Assembly: GCA_036172245.1 (NCBI GenBank)
Contig: JAYWIR010000039.1
Span: 744,001-808,000, forward strand
Direction: 5' to 3'
Source: Raillietiella orientalis
Taxonomy: Eukaryota
Length of the DNA stretch: 64,000 nucleotides
In this document: positions 23,700 through 36,900 of the stretch, in pieces
How the letters are laid out: every line of letters starts with the position of its first letter
How positions within the stretch are numbered: position 1 is the stretch's first letter
Program-made: the position numbers and the translations under genes
The notes under the pieces: model-generated
What the model was told of the DNA's origin: nothing
The model's database searches: none
Seen by the model: only the letters and a program-made list of their open reading frames with translations

Positions 23700-26600
23700 A
23701 GCTGCAGCCACGAGTGGGCGATGAGGCGGAGAGGACAGAGAGATACAGCGAAAGGCCACTGGCCTCATCCCATGGGAGGCGATACAAGCCCCATGGGTAA
23801 CCCCCGGCAATAGAAGACCCCAGCAGAAACCGCAGCGTCATCACGAAGACGGCTTCAAGGGAAGACACATGGCTGGAAATACGGAAGGGTGCGCGCGCCG
23901 TCCAACGCTGCACTTTCCTCAGCATGGACGCAGCGGACGCATCCGCGACCAGCTCTTCCACGTGCGAGCGGTCCCAGAAGCACCTGCCAAGAGCCCTCTT
24001 CTTTGCTCAGCGACCATTCTTCAAGGCCTTCCCAAACCGATGACGTACGGGGGGAGTTACCTCGCGTTCAGAGGGCCACCACCAGTTCCAAAGAGTTTCG
24101 CATTCATCGAAGCCCAGCATGCTGAAGAGCGGCACCAAAACGCCTCGAGCAGAACGGAGCTCGGAAAACCCGCTCAAGGCAGACCAACTCGGCAGCCACC
24201 TCAGCAACGCCCCTTCCCTCCGCGTCCCAGCATGCATCTATTCCAGCCGTGGAGCCGTGCCACACGCGGCTGACCCTTGAGGCGACAGCACACCTGACCT
24301 CGCGTAAACCCAAAACACCGGCTTGCCCCGAGACGACTTCGGCTCGACCTCCGACGCTCCTTTCCAATCGTATGGACCACAGAGGACTGCGGCTGACCCC
24401 CCTTTCGCTCATGCCTCGGCAGCCCTGCTCGCAAGCACTTCCCTTTACCGAGAGGCACGCAGCCGGCGAGATGCGCCAGGCGACCCACGAACCTGCTATT
24501 CTTCCCCTGGGATGAGGACAGCCTTGCTGACCTCAGGCGTGCAGTGCAGCCACTCGCTTCCGCGGAGAGGGACAAGATCTTACCCGCATGGCCGCCGCGC
24601 CGGATCATCGAACCGGCCAAGACGACGAGTCATCAGGATCGTCGCTAATATAGCTGCCGAGTGCCATACGTTGGTGCTTTCTCGCTCCCGCACAGGCAGC
24701 CCGACCTCCGTCCCTCGCGAGAACACGCCAGGAAGCAGCCCCAGAGCCTCCGCGTGGCAGCCGGGTTCCCGGAGGGCGCAGGCAGCGCACCGGAGAACGT
24801 CTCTTCGAGTTGCTGGCGATCGTCACGCGAGCTAGAAAAAGAATCTGAAAGGATGCGCTGCACGAGACGGCGCTCTCGCCGGCGGAACGCCGCGCAGCCA
24901 GGCGCACCCGCCGCAGATGCACGCTCCGCAAAGGCGCCTGAAGCTCGCAACCAGCACGTTTCGTCCACGCACACCCCGTCTTCGCTGAGCCGCGTGGCAT
25001 CTTCTCGCCGTGCCCGCGTTACTTCCTCCTGTCTGAGCGCGCGCAGGCGGCGAGGACTCAGCAAACGTGCCACCAACAGTGCCATCTGCTGGAGGCGAGG
25101 CAACGGCCTGTCTCTTGGAGTCTTCGGTCGACTGGGGTCAGGCTGAATGCAGCGGTGAAGCCTGCTATCTGGCTGGCCCACGCCGCGCACCGGTACTGCC
25201 AGGCAACCGGGAAGAACGGCCTCCTGAGAAGCGAATCCTCAGCTTTGGTGGATCCACTGCTAGCCACTCTGCTGATCGATCCTCTTTCTTGCTCTTTTTG
25301 CGTTCTTTTAAGCGAAAGGGCTCCATAGCCCGATTCTCCGCTCGGACGCTCCTGCGAAGCCGAAGCAAGTTCCCGTGGCGAGCTCTCGGCGGTTCGCCTT
25401 CGCAAACGCATTCCCCGCGAAGTGTCTTCGCGTGCCGAAGACATCGAGGAAGCTGAAGGAACGTTCAGCCTCCATCCGGAAGGCCAAGAGGCAGCCTACG
25501 TCCACCTCCATCCTCCCGTGCAGCGTCTGCAGTCTCCGTAGATGGCCAGAAGGCAATAGAGGGGATTCCTGGCCATACGCCTTGACAAATTCCCCTCTCC
25601 ACTCTTCGCTGTCCATAGGATCCGCTGAAGTTCAGGCGCTTTCGATGGAGGGCTCGATCCATGACGCAGCGCGCCACCGACCTGCGCGGCGCTCGAGCGA
25701 AGAAGCGATGCCAAGAGGGACGTTGCCGTTGCCGGTCGGTACAGTTTGGGCGGTGCCTGCCACGCCCCTCCTTGCTCGGACAGTCCCAAAGAGAGCGACG
25801 CCACCTTACGATGGAGGCACTCGGTGACGCATCTGCTTCTACGACGCCATTTTACGGTTTCGCTACCTGCGCCAAGAGCAGTGGTGCTCGTCTGTGTCTC
25901 GAAAAGATCACCGGTCGCGGAGTCATCGCGTACCAGCTGTAGAAGAAGGCCGCTGGAGTGCGTCGCGTCCGGAGGCTGCACATTCGGCGACGAAGACAAG
26001 AGTACTCGAGTGGCGATGCTGGTGGAAGATCCGAGTGCAAGTGTGGAGCTGCAACACCAATCCCTTTGATGCGGGACTCGATTCCCATTTCCGTTCCTTC
26101 GTGTAGAGCCTGTCGAACGCATCCTCTTTATGGCTGTCCTTCCTCGTGCATCTACGCAACAGCGGCCACGCACTGTCGGTCGCTCCACTCTCTCTGCCCA
26201 TGACATCGGACCGCAGCGAAGCAACTCGGGAGGCGAGCTGGCTGGCGCCGTGACCTCTGTAAGAGATTCAAAGCGGAAGCCTCACAGATCGCGGAGAGTA
26301 GCGATGGCGGATTCATGAACCAAGGAGAAGAAACGGGTTTGCTCCCGGCGAGAATTCTCTCTCGCATCAGCTTGAAGATGGAAGCCTCGAGCTGGAGCTG
26401 GTCATCTCGAAGGAGGACTCGATGTGCCGGTGCCAAAGAATCACGGTGACGCGCGCACGTTTGATGGTGCTACGGCGCCAATCTCCTAGAGGCGCGTGCG
26501 GCGTGCACTGCACCCCGAACGAGGAAGCATTCCTTTCGTTCTGCGGGATCCGGAAGGGAAAAAAATCACCGCGTCGTCATGGGTTCCATCAGCTTGACGA

Positions 26601-29600
26601 AGACAACAAAAGTGCAAATCCTAGAAGGTGTGGCGGCGTGCGGGATTTTTCGCTTTTTCCTTTTCTTTTCGGCGGAAGCGGAAGCATCAGATTTCCGAGC
26701 TAAAACTTGGATACGGAGCCGCGCAAACCGTGTCCTTCCTACAATCCTGCGGACAAGGGGGTCGCGTACGCAAGGAAGGCTGCGAAAAGGCTTTCCTCCG
26801 CATTCCCATGGAAACGACGCCTGATAACGAAGGCGCGATTGCATCGGCGATCTCCTCGCCATCTCTCTCGCGCTCCGTCGGATCACCTCGCGTTCCGAAA
26901 CACGCCGATCCGTGTCCGAGTCCACCGTCTTTAACCCGAGCCACGGGTCTCTCGCGCGCGGCAGCACGGCGGAAGCGGCGCAGGAAGTGCCGATGCTGCA
27001 AGAGAGGCAACGGAAGGACGTCCCGAAGTGCCTTTCCAGGACCGCTAGACGCTCGCGGTGCCACCGCAGACTGCGTTTCTTGCGGCAACCGACAGAACCG
27101 CCCCTGGCAGCTGTTACGTCCGTTTCTTCCAAGGCGCTGCAACTGGTCAACTGGCGGCCGCGAAGATTTCCGCCCAAAGGCGCTGCTTTCGGGCTCACAT
27201 GGCTCCACAATATGTGCTCAGCCCGATGGTGTAGACAACCTCGGAAGGGCAGGAGCCAACGAACGGAATCCGCGCAGGAGCAAGCCACGCCTGTGCCCGT
27301 GCTTCTTCCTAGAGTCGTACGGTCCAGTAAACTTGGAGCTGACGCGGCACGAATGTCGCAAACGCAAGAGCAGGTCGCGGTCTTCCTTCGGAACTTCCTG
27401 GATGCAGTTGGCGGTAGGGAAGAGACAGGCGAGGGCGTGGAGCAGCGGTCCCAGCGCATGTGTAACGACGGTACGCAAGCTACATGTTCAGGAAAAGACC
27501 CCCCCTTTCTTTCTGCGGAAAAGGCACGAAGCGGCCGTCGAAGCCGAGCCGCCCGAGTCCCCCACTGCGACCGCGGCAGCAGGCAAAAGAGGGCCGAATA
27601 GGCGGCCGCGGACACGCGGGTCCAAGCGGACTTCAGATGCGGAACGGGATGCGGGGAGATCAAGTCCCGAGTAATGCCAGAGCGGAACCAGCAAGAGCGA
27701 TGGGTGCCTACGGAACGTGGACCTGCCAGCACGACTCATTCAAGAGGTGCCTGAAGTTCTCGGTATAAGGGTCGAACCACAGGCGACCCAAGCAAGAAGC
27801 CGGAAGGCCCGCTGTCTCAACTCTTCACCCGACGTGTGTCCGGCAGTCAAGGAGAACACGCGAGCGGAGTGCATCGGAGCGGACCTTCCTTTCGGTGGCT
27901 GCCCTCGGGGGAGTGTCGGCTGCTGGGAGAGCGGAGGACGCGTGGATCGGAGCGAACGGAAGGGGAAATTCCGAGTGGTTTCCAGGAAAGGCGGGGCGGA
28001 TTCCCAGGGAACGGATCGCGGAACTGGGATTCCCTCACCCTGCGTCTTCGGAGCAGCCAGCCCACTTAAGGAAGCATCGCGTCTTCTGTCCCACACGTCA
28101 TTCGTGAAGGGCCGCCTCCAAGCTGACGGCGGAGAAGCAGATAAGGAACGATGCAGCTCGTGTAGCAGGGTCATCTCGGCCTGAAGCGATTCCCTCCGAT
28201 CCCGATCAAAGTCTGGGTTTCTTTCCGAAACAAGATGACCACGATATGCGGTCCCGAATCGAGACGATCTTGGGTATCCCGAGAGTGGTCGCGTCGTAGT
28301 CCTTCGGTTGTTTAAGGAGCACTAGCAGGAGAGGAGAGCAACGCCCCTTTGAAGCAAGAAGCGGCAGCGCAAGGAAGACGCGAGGCGGTGCAGCCATCCG
28401 ATACTGAGCTCCCTGGGATCCGAGGCGTGCGCACTAGGAACCAGGACCGGTCGAGGAGAAGGGAGTGGGCCGCGCTCGAGGCGAATGGCCAGCGCGGGTT
28501 CGGATAGGGGTGACTCTGACCGCGTGCAGTGCGGCCGAAGGGGAAAATGGTGTGCGGTCTCATTGAAGATGTCGAACGTTCCCCTCACAGGAATCCAGTT
28601 GTCGGGATAGCGTTTCTTCCGAAGGAGTGGATCCGTGTATGCGTCACCGTGATCGGCAAAATCTAGCGCAGGCGTCTGCGTCTGGAGAAGGAAACCGGGA
28701 GGGAGACTCGAGTCCTCTACGAAAAACCCTGTGCAGGTGTGGGAGCCGCTGACAGCGGAGAATCAGCGAGGAAGTTCAACCAGATGCACTGCGGGGGGTT
28801 TCGCATGGCTGCAGCAAAGAAGCAACTGGAAACGGAGAGCTCTGTTCCTCCGGAGAAAGTCAATCCACGATGGAGCATTCCGATGGTAGATGGCGCGGGT
28901 GTGCCGTCGTCGGTTCGCCCATTCTCGCGTTGCGGCGGATTCTTCATCCCTCGGGGATTCCACTCTGACGTGAGGTCCAACTTTACGAGAGGGCATGCCC
29001 GGATACGCATGTCCATCGCTGCGTGGTTGCGGGTTGGTGGGATGGCTGCCTTGGAAACCGATTGGCACTCCCGGCGGGACCCATCCTGAAACCGTACCGT
29101 ACCCTATCCTAAACCTTAACGTGGGATGGCGGCGTGTGCAGTGGGATGAAGATTTTCGGGCTTTTCAGCCGGATTTTCCCAGCCAGAGAGTAGGGGAATT
29201 CGTGCAACTAGGAGATTCGCATTCACCCAAGCGTTGTGGAACGCAGAAGTTTCGCTGACGGCGTCCCACACTGGCGGAACGGCCTGCGGTGCTGTCTGGC
29301 GCCGTTGTGCGTTGTCTTGCGCATCCCCTGCAATGAAAGCACAGTTGGGCACAAGAAGATGTGAGGCAAAGGTTTCCATATCGACGAAACGCTTCTTCCG
29401 GGGGCCGCTGCCGCTTTCGAGAGCTCCCCTGAACAGCCCTTCGCATGTCCGCGAAACCTCGCGAAAGCCCTCTGCTGGTAGGTCGGCTGCTCTTCTCTGG
29501 CCAGCGCAAGGTCGCTTGAATTTTTTCCTGATACTGCACTGGGGTCTCCCGTGCAATGCGCGCCGGCACCACTGGACGAGGGGAAACGCATCGCCGATCT

Positions 29601-30163
29601 GTGCCAGGTGAGGGGAGGAGACATTCCCCACCTCATAGTGCAGTGCGTTGCCCTCCGGGACTTGTGGGAACTTCCGCACCCCATGAACAATCCCGGTGAC
29701 TCTTGAGGCCCCTCTTCGTGCGAGACGCCATGACGCCCGCAGCCGTAATCGCAGCGCTGTGCTGCGTGCGCCGTGTCGTCGAGGCGAACTGCGACGCCGA
29801 GAGAAGCGGCAGCGACGGGGGGCTGTCCTGCACGCCATCACTTTCCTGCAGATAGCTTTGACGTGGCCCCACCTGGAAAGGGAGAAGTTGGAGCTCGCCG
29901 ACATCCTTCAACGGATGCAGAGGCCTCACCAGCCACGAAATGTGATCCCTTCCTTTCCTCCAATCTAATTTTTTTTCTTTCTTTTTCTTGTTGTTTGCTA
30001 TAGTTTGTTTTCATTTTCTATTTTTGTTTCATCCCCCCTTTCCGTCGTGTACGTGATGGACCTCGACGGCTCTCCCTCTTTTTCCTGAAGTAATAATTGC
30101 AATCGGTGAGGCTCTTGGCTCCATCGATTCCTGCAAGAGGATTAAACGCCCAGGCGCACCCGG
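23700..30163 (+). mobile_element. L1/Tx1-like non-LTR element copy D, near full length, decayed
   Basis: GQAEC..CYLAG (ORF1 knuckle-like, ~25140), RILSF...FLLFLRSF (EN start), LVNWRP (RT1), EVLGI (RT7), HWGLPCNARRHHWTRGNASPICAR..ETFPHLIVQCVALRDLW, AALCCVR, KLELADILQRMQ. A T-rich UTR (29960-30030) precedes the 3' motif attaaacgcccaggcgcacccgg at 30141-30163. Confidence 0.6.
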
Positions 30164-30164
30164 A

Positions 30165-32200
30165 TGTGAAATCACGGCGCTCGCCATCAGCCCGCACTGA
30201 GCAAAGGAGCGCCGACGCAGCAAGTCCGGAGGGGGGGGGTACGAAGGTGGACGAAGCGCCGGAGAGAGTCGCTGCCACATGTTCTCCAGGGAGCTGCAGT
30301 TCCAACAGGAGGTGGGGGAACGCTTGGTTCGCCCCGCACACCTGGAACAGTTCAGGAAGGCAACTCCCCCGGAAGCCTGGTGTCTGCGCTCATTGCACCG
30401 GGATGCTCAGAGAAGAAACGCAAAGCATCCCGCTCCTAATGGAACGGGAACTCGGAAGTGTCCGTACACAGGCAAAGGACCACGAGTTGTGCGAGGCAGG
30501 GCACTCCACCGGAGCAGTCCGTTCGTCGGGAAACGAGGTGTGGCGACGTGTACCGACTCGCTCCTCCTGCAGCGAAGCCGCAGTTTCTCGACTCTTGTAA
30601 TTTTGCAGGGCAGCTCTCACTACGCCGGTTGGCTGCTGCCATCGACTGCCCTCAGGGAAAGCAGTGCTGTGCCAAGGGGTGTGACGGCTATCCGGGACCG
30701 CTGCGTCCACTTCTGCTGGAGATCTGCCAGCGGCTCGCATAGGAGTTTCCTCAGTGGGCGCCGTATTTCTCTGCGCCCATTTCCAAAGTGGAAACCCATG
30801 ACTCCAGTGCCGTTAGACGTTCCCGTTCTGGGGATGGAAGGGATTCCAGGGATGAGCTACCAGAAGTGAGGACAGATGGCTCAGGGGGAGCCAAATCCAG
30901 TCCTCTCAAGTGGGTTGCGTGGCGGCAGCGGAAAAGTCCTGCGTTTCCAGAGCATCGCCGGAGAATGTGGCGTGCCGGAGCCCACCAGTGAAAAGTTCAC
31001 ACCTTTCCACCAAAAGTCGCAACTGCACCTGCAGTCCGATCTTGTGGATGGTCAGGCCATCATCCTGGAGCTGCGCCACGTAATCTTTCAGTCGGATCGA
31101 GTTGCTCGTTCGTCTGCTCTTCTCTGCTGGAGAGCTCAAGATCTCTCGAAAACCTGGAAATAGTTTTCTGCGCTTCCGGCGAATTGGAGCGGGTATGCGG
31201 GATGTGGCTGGCCACAACAGGGTCACGATGCGTGCACTCGTGATGCGAACTGCTCCTTCGGGTGTCGTGCAGACTCTGGAAGGACTCGCATCCGTTTTCT
31301 GTGCGAGCTCTTTGGACGAGATGATGCGGTCATGTAACTGGCTGCTCCTCGAAGCTGCCATTCTCTTCCTCGTCCTAGAAAAGCAGCGCGCAAAGCTGAA
31401 AGGAAGTCCACTTTGTTTCCTCGGCCTCGGCGAAAGCAGCCGAATGGTGTCTCCGGATGCAGACGGGCATCTGCATCTTATTCCTTTTTCATCTTCGTGT
31501 CGATTGCCATCGTTGAGCATGCCCGATTGGGTTGATGCTCGCGCATCGGAGTGCCGGCATGCGACAGTCTGGTACCCGGCTTAAGACTTTTGCATTTTGT
31601 CATCTCCAAGATGTCGTTTCGTCTTCCGAGGGCTGCAAACTCGAAGAGGGAAGCTTTCCTTTCGGAAGCACGGGATTAGGGGAAACTTGTTCGGAAGGGA
31701 CGCCCGACGAATCCGCGTCCATTCGAGATGCCTGCATCGTGCGCACGAGATTTTTCCAGGGCGGCGCCAGACGCGGAACGCGCTGCAAGTCCCGAAGGCA
31801 CTTGGCGTTGGATCTCCGACGGCTCGGGCGGAGAGGGAGGTCTGGAGGCGGACGCTCCGAAAACAGTTTGCGAGCGTTCAGGAAGACACCGGCAATGCAC
31901 AACTTGCCAGGATGCACCCCGTTTTCCCGCATGCCTGCGAAACCTGCTCCCAGGCAGCGAAACGCGACCGCGCTGCCATGTGCCCCCGGACGCCAGCGGA
32001 GCTGCATGCGCTCACCGCTTCGCGAACGATATGTTGTCGATCCACTCGCTCTTCCCCATGCAAGGACACGAATCAGACCGATCTGCAGCACGGCATCCTC
32101 CGATTAATCTGTTGAATCTTCTGGATTCCACGTCTATCCGGGGCGGCGTCTCCGGGCGCGTACGCGAAATCGGCGGGCGGGAAACTGCAAAAAACGGGCG
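30165..32200 (+). mobile_element. Non-LTR fragment G (APE endonuclease-like region and downstream) directly after copy D
   Basis: KRGVAT (GVail), EKFTPFH..QSDLV (fT...sRiD), FQSDRV (SDH), TWK*FSALP (WKlN.slL), RFFQG (kyFf). Decayed; ends approximate. Confidence 0.4.
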
Positions 32201-32959
32201 GTGGAACAGTTCCACGAGGGGCGTTTGACCACTTTTGCAGCAAAAAAAGGCAGAGTGGAAAGAGACGTCATGAAAGTTGCCTATTCCCGTGCGAGCAACA
32301 CGTTCCTGTTTATAGTTGGTTCGCATAAAACTTCAATTCAGAAACAGCATCTGTTTTCTCCAGGACGCCGTCATGCTCGCAACACTTGCGCATATCTTAT
32401 CCGCAGAAAAATTTTGCCTTATCTACGAAACCTATGATTTATAAAGTTTTCTTAGTTGTCTAGTGTCACTTCTGCTGGGTTTGTTCTAGAATGACTGTTT
32501 ACACGGTGAAACTTTTTGCAGACGTTGTACAGTTTCCCGAATTCCATCTCCCAGAAAGCTGCGCAACGTTTAAGGTAAAGTATATTCCTTGCTTCCTGCG
32601 GTGTTGCGCGCATCCGGAGTGAAACTTGCATTCGCCTGCGTTCGTTTGTGCGCGGAAAAAGGAAAGAAAGAAAGATGCAAAGGGAGGAAGAAAGAAAGAA
32701 ACCGCACCGAGTTTTTTGCCTTGCGGTGCACGGAAGCGGCCTGCAAATCTGTGAAACCTTTGCGTTCCGTGCCAGCGGAAAATTATAAAAAAAATAAAAA
32801 TAAAAAATTCAAGGAAGAAACACCGGGGGCGAACCGGTAACCAAGGAAACGCAACAATGAACGAAATCGTTATTTTTACGAACGTATGGTTACTTTGGTT
32901 ACCCTCGGGGGAATGAACTACCGGAATAATTGACTACTGACTTTCAGACAAAGCAAGGG

Positions 32960-33135
32960 CATTTTGTTTATTTCGTTTTGTATTTGATTTTTTTTCTTGT
33001 TACCTCATATTATTTTATTATAGTTTAGTTTGCTCTATTTTATTTTTTTATTTCATTTGTTTTTTATTTTATTTTGTTTATTTCTCATTTATTTTATTTC
33101 ATTTATTTTTGATTTTATTTTTGTTTAGTTTAGTG
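32960..33135 (+). repeat. T-rich low-complexity tract
   Basis: About 175 bp dominated by ttt(a/g)ttt repeats. Confidence 0.85.
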
Positions 33136-33999
33136 TATTTCTGCAAAGGCACCTGGCTCTCTTGCAATCGGAAAAATTTTCGCTCTTCGGAGCTGGCAAC
33201 CGCTTTGTTCGTACGTGCCGTGCAGGAACGATGACTTTCTCGGCAGTGCAGCGCGGAGCTTCGCGTCATCCCAGTTCTGGAGGATAGCGATGTTCATCGA
33301 CTGAAGCTCACGCTTGCCGTATGATGATGCGCTCCGTATCTCGCTGACGCGTCTTTGCAAGGTCCCTTGCGAAGCAGTTTGCTTCTGGAAACTCAGCCTC
33401 GAAGCACTGGGTGCACGCCAGGAGGCACGCAGGTACGTACGCTGAACGTGTCTCTGGCACGCCTCGATAGAGTACCCTGCGATCGGCTGCCTTTCACGGC
33501 GTTCCATGGTGAAATCTAGGAAGAAGTGTCGTTGTGATCCGGATTCCGGGAACAGAACAGGTTTCGCCTCGCCTGGTGGTTCCCCTCACATTCGGCCTTC
33601 GTTCCCGCTGCTGCTTTCGCAAGAAAAAGCTTTCGCCGCCTGTGCAAGTGCAGGGCATTAACCGAAGTCTCAGCGGCGCCGACCTACGGCGTTACTTGAA
33701 ACCAAAAACGCTTGTTTCCTCATCCGTTCCCTTCACCCAGCCTGCTCAAGAAAGCTTTCTGAATCCCACGGAGTCGAGACCTTTTGCATTCCATGAGCTT
33801 CTCTTCTCAATTATTCCTTGTTCCGCTGAAATTTGTTTTTTTCTTTTCTTTCTTTCTTTCTTTTTAATTCTGGATCGCGGTGGTTCATTCCACAGTGTCG
33901 ACTCGATGGTCTGAGAATTCTGCCAGGAATCCATTTCGTTTGAAAAATGGATGATTGACTTCTATCTTTCTTCTTTCTTCTATCTTTAAACAAGCGCAG

Positions 34000-36900
34000 A
34001 ATTCTGGTGTCTGCCTATTGCGAGAGCAAACCGTCCGATCTGTTTCTAATTGCCCTGCCATGCAGTCACTCTCACGAGGAGACCCGGCAGGAATGCGCCA
34101 AGGGAATGCACTGCTGCTCGTTGGCTAGCCTCCCAAACCCGTCCACCGAAGCAACCGGCTCGACGACTCATCTGCGAGGAAGAAGAGGTCTTCGAAGATC
34201 TCCGTGCGTGATCCTCGAAGGCCGGATGTGCTGGTAGAGCAGATGCAAGCCTACGACTGGGGCGCGAGCAAAGCAGGCGACACGGGATGGGCTTGTGGAA
34301 TTCATCGATGGATGCTCGAGTGAGATGATCGAGTGATCAGTGGATGAAGGGCGAAAATCCGGGAGGTGTTGAGAATCAGCGGAGGCGAGGTCCAGCTTCA
34401 GAATAGGGAGAGATACGAGGAAAAACCTTCGCAACCTCCCAAGGAGGAGGAGACGTGACCGCACTTGAGTCGAAGCCGACGAGGTCGAGACGAAGACAGC
34501 GAGCTCTCTCGAGAGATCCAGCTCTTCGAATGCTTCCCTGGTTCTCCCGCCATTTTGGCCATCCAAGAGTCACCTCGGACGCTTTCCAAAGCGAAATCAA
34601 CCTCGGGCAGAAAATCAACCTTGGCTCCTGGACTGTTCCCCTCCTCTGAGTCGCAAGCGGCAGAGAACACGCCTTCCCACAGAGCATGAACAACGGGAGT
34701 GCGAAATCACTATGTGCCATGAGAATGGGCATCATTAGACGTGCTCTCTGGCGCGGCATGCTCAATGGTAACTGATCTGTACGTCAAGAGTGGCATTGTG
34801 GTACCTAACAATATTGTATGAGCCCAGCAAGCGGGCTTCTCCGTCCACGGCTAGGCGGTATTCACTCTTGCTAAGAGCTGGGCATCCAAGGCACACCGTT
34901 TCAATTGGCAGGTCACTCCCTTCGTGCAAAGTCACATACGTTGGAAGGTGCTCACCTGCTCTCACACTGGGCTCCTGGGAAGAAGAATTATGGCAGCCGC
35001 TCACCTGGTGGTGCTGGTGTTGGTAGGCGAAGGGCAGTTCGTGGATCGATCCAAACCTTCCTGGGATCTGGATCGGGAATAATCGGCCGTCAGCCGTGCG
35101 TACGAAACTCCTCTCTCTGAGATGCTGGCCGAAGATCACGAATGCTTCCCGGTCCAAGAACGGGAGATGGTCAGGCTGTTTCTCTCCTAATGGCCTCGAG
35201 GGAAGATGGAATATGCAACGGCAGTCGAGTCTCGTTCGCTTCGTAGTGGCCTAGTGGAAGGGGTCAGACCTCGGTGGGAACGGAAGGGGTGGAATCTCCT
35301 CACCACCCTGAAGCTCCAGGAGTGTAGTCAGACGAGCCTGTCGGCAGAAAGAGCGCGCCCCCGGCGTTTCCCACATAAGCGCGCAGGTCTGGATGACGCG
35401 TGTGCCGGTGGCAACTGGTCCCTCCTACAGCAGACTGGGAAGGAAGGGGTCACAGGGCAGGTCCCGATGAGGAGTCTCGACCCGCGACTCGTGGCCGGGT
35501 GCGCTCTTCCTGTTACTGCCTCCCAGAGCGCTGCGTGCCTCCCGAATGCAGGACCCTGCCCTCAAACAGGGAGCGGCGGTCAGCCGACCAGACCCGCCTA
35601 CCACCTACGGGGAGTCGCGGTGAGAGCCCAGGACAGGGTGGAATCCTGCATCTACTGACAGCGAACCCACCCGCGCCCGAATCTACCCCGAGGTCAACCC
35701 TGCGGAGACCGGACCTCTTGAGGTCGACTCCTTCGGAACCGATCTCCTTCAGAAGAGGGCTGCCACATCCAGAGATCGCGAGTTTGAGTTCTCCGGAAAT
35801 TTTGAAGGGGTGGAAGAAGGGGGGGGGATCCGCAGATCTTCAAACAGAAATAGAAATAGCCAGAGCGCTCTTCAGATGGCACTTCCTGGTTCCTCCGCCA
35901 AACCCTCAGCCTGGAGGAAGACGCCTGAACATGGCCAACCAAAAGTCGACAAGTGGACGGGGTGGACCCACTGTGACATGGCCGATCGGGTCTTCTGAAG
36001 CAGTGCGATTGCTTTTAAGTCCTCGAGGTCCTCCGCAAGAGTCGTCGAAAATTCCAACAATCTGTAGCAGTCAGGCAGTCTAAAAAAAAAAGGGGAGCAC
36101 CCCATGTTTTTTTTTTTTTTTTTTTAGTTTTTTTAGTTTTTTTCTTTTCCTCTTGTTTTTTTTTTTCTGCCGCCAATCAAACACGAAAGGAGGGACCAGT
36201 TATGCCCTCGCGCCTGGACGAAAGAGGGCACGGCGAGGCGTCAAAGGAGGTCGAGTTCGCACGCGGTGGTGAGCTGTCTCTCCGTTGGGAATGGCTTCTG
36301 CGCCAGGGTGCAACAGCGAGGATTCGCGGTGCTGCTGAAGACGGGACCCCCGGGGAGGAAAAATTCGTTTGTCTGAGGCATGAGCTTTTCCTGAGGCACA
36401 GAGACAAATGACCTGTGGACAACCAACAAGCAGCACCGACCAAAGCTACCGGAGGAACCGCTCGAATGTCTTCGAGAGAAGCGCACAGCAGCGCTGGAGG
36501 GAAGGAAGGGCTACTCGTCCCCTTTTCATTTCGAGCGATGACTTTGAAAAAGGAAAGCGGGAAGCAGGAGGAAGAATCTTGTCCGATCCGAGAGAGCAAA
36601 CTGGTGCTGTTGTGGAAGGCACCACGAAGAATGAAGCTCAGCGGATGCCAGGGTTTCCTGGAAGCAGGATTCGTATACATTGCAATCAGTAGATGACGCC
36701 CACTTACCCGTTCCTAGTAGAAACTGTCTTCTCTGGACAGACGCTGCTGGGTCATACCGGTTGCCTTTCAAGAGTGAGAGGGATTGACTGCTTCCTCTGG
36801 AGTCTTTCTGGATTCATAGAATGGTCCCTCCGGGACTGCCACCTTAACTCAGACGATCACACCCACCCTCAGGTGGTGTGAACAGTCTTTAAAGAGCTTC

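Noticed and set aside
23712..23775. Hammerhead ribozyme-like pattern (cgatga...gaaa ggcc-act-ggcc tc)
   Set aside because: The core lacks CUGA and stems I and II do not pair convincingly.
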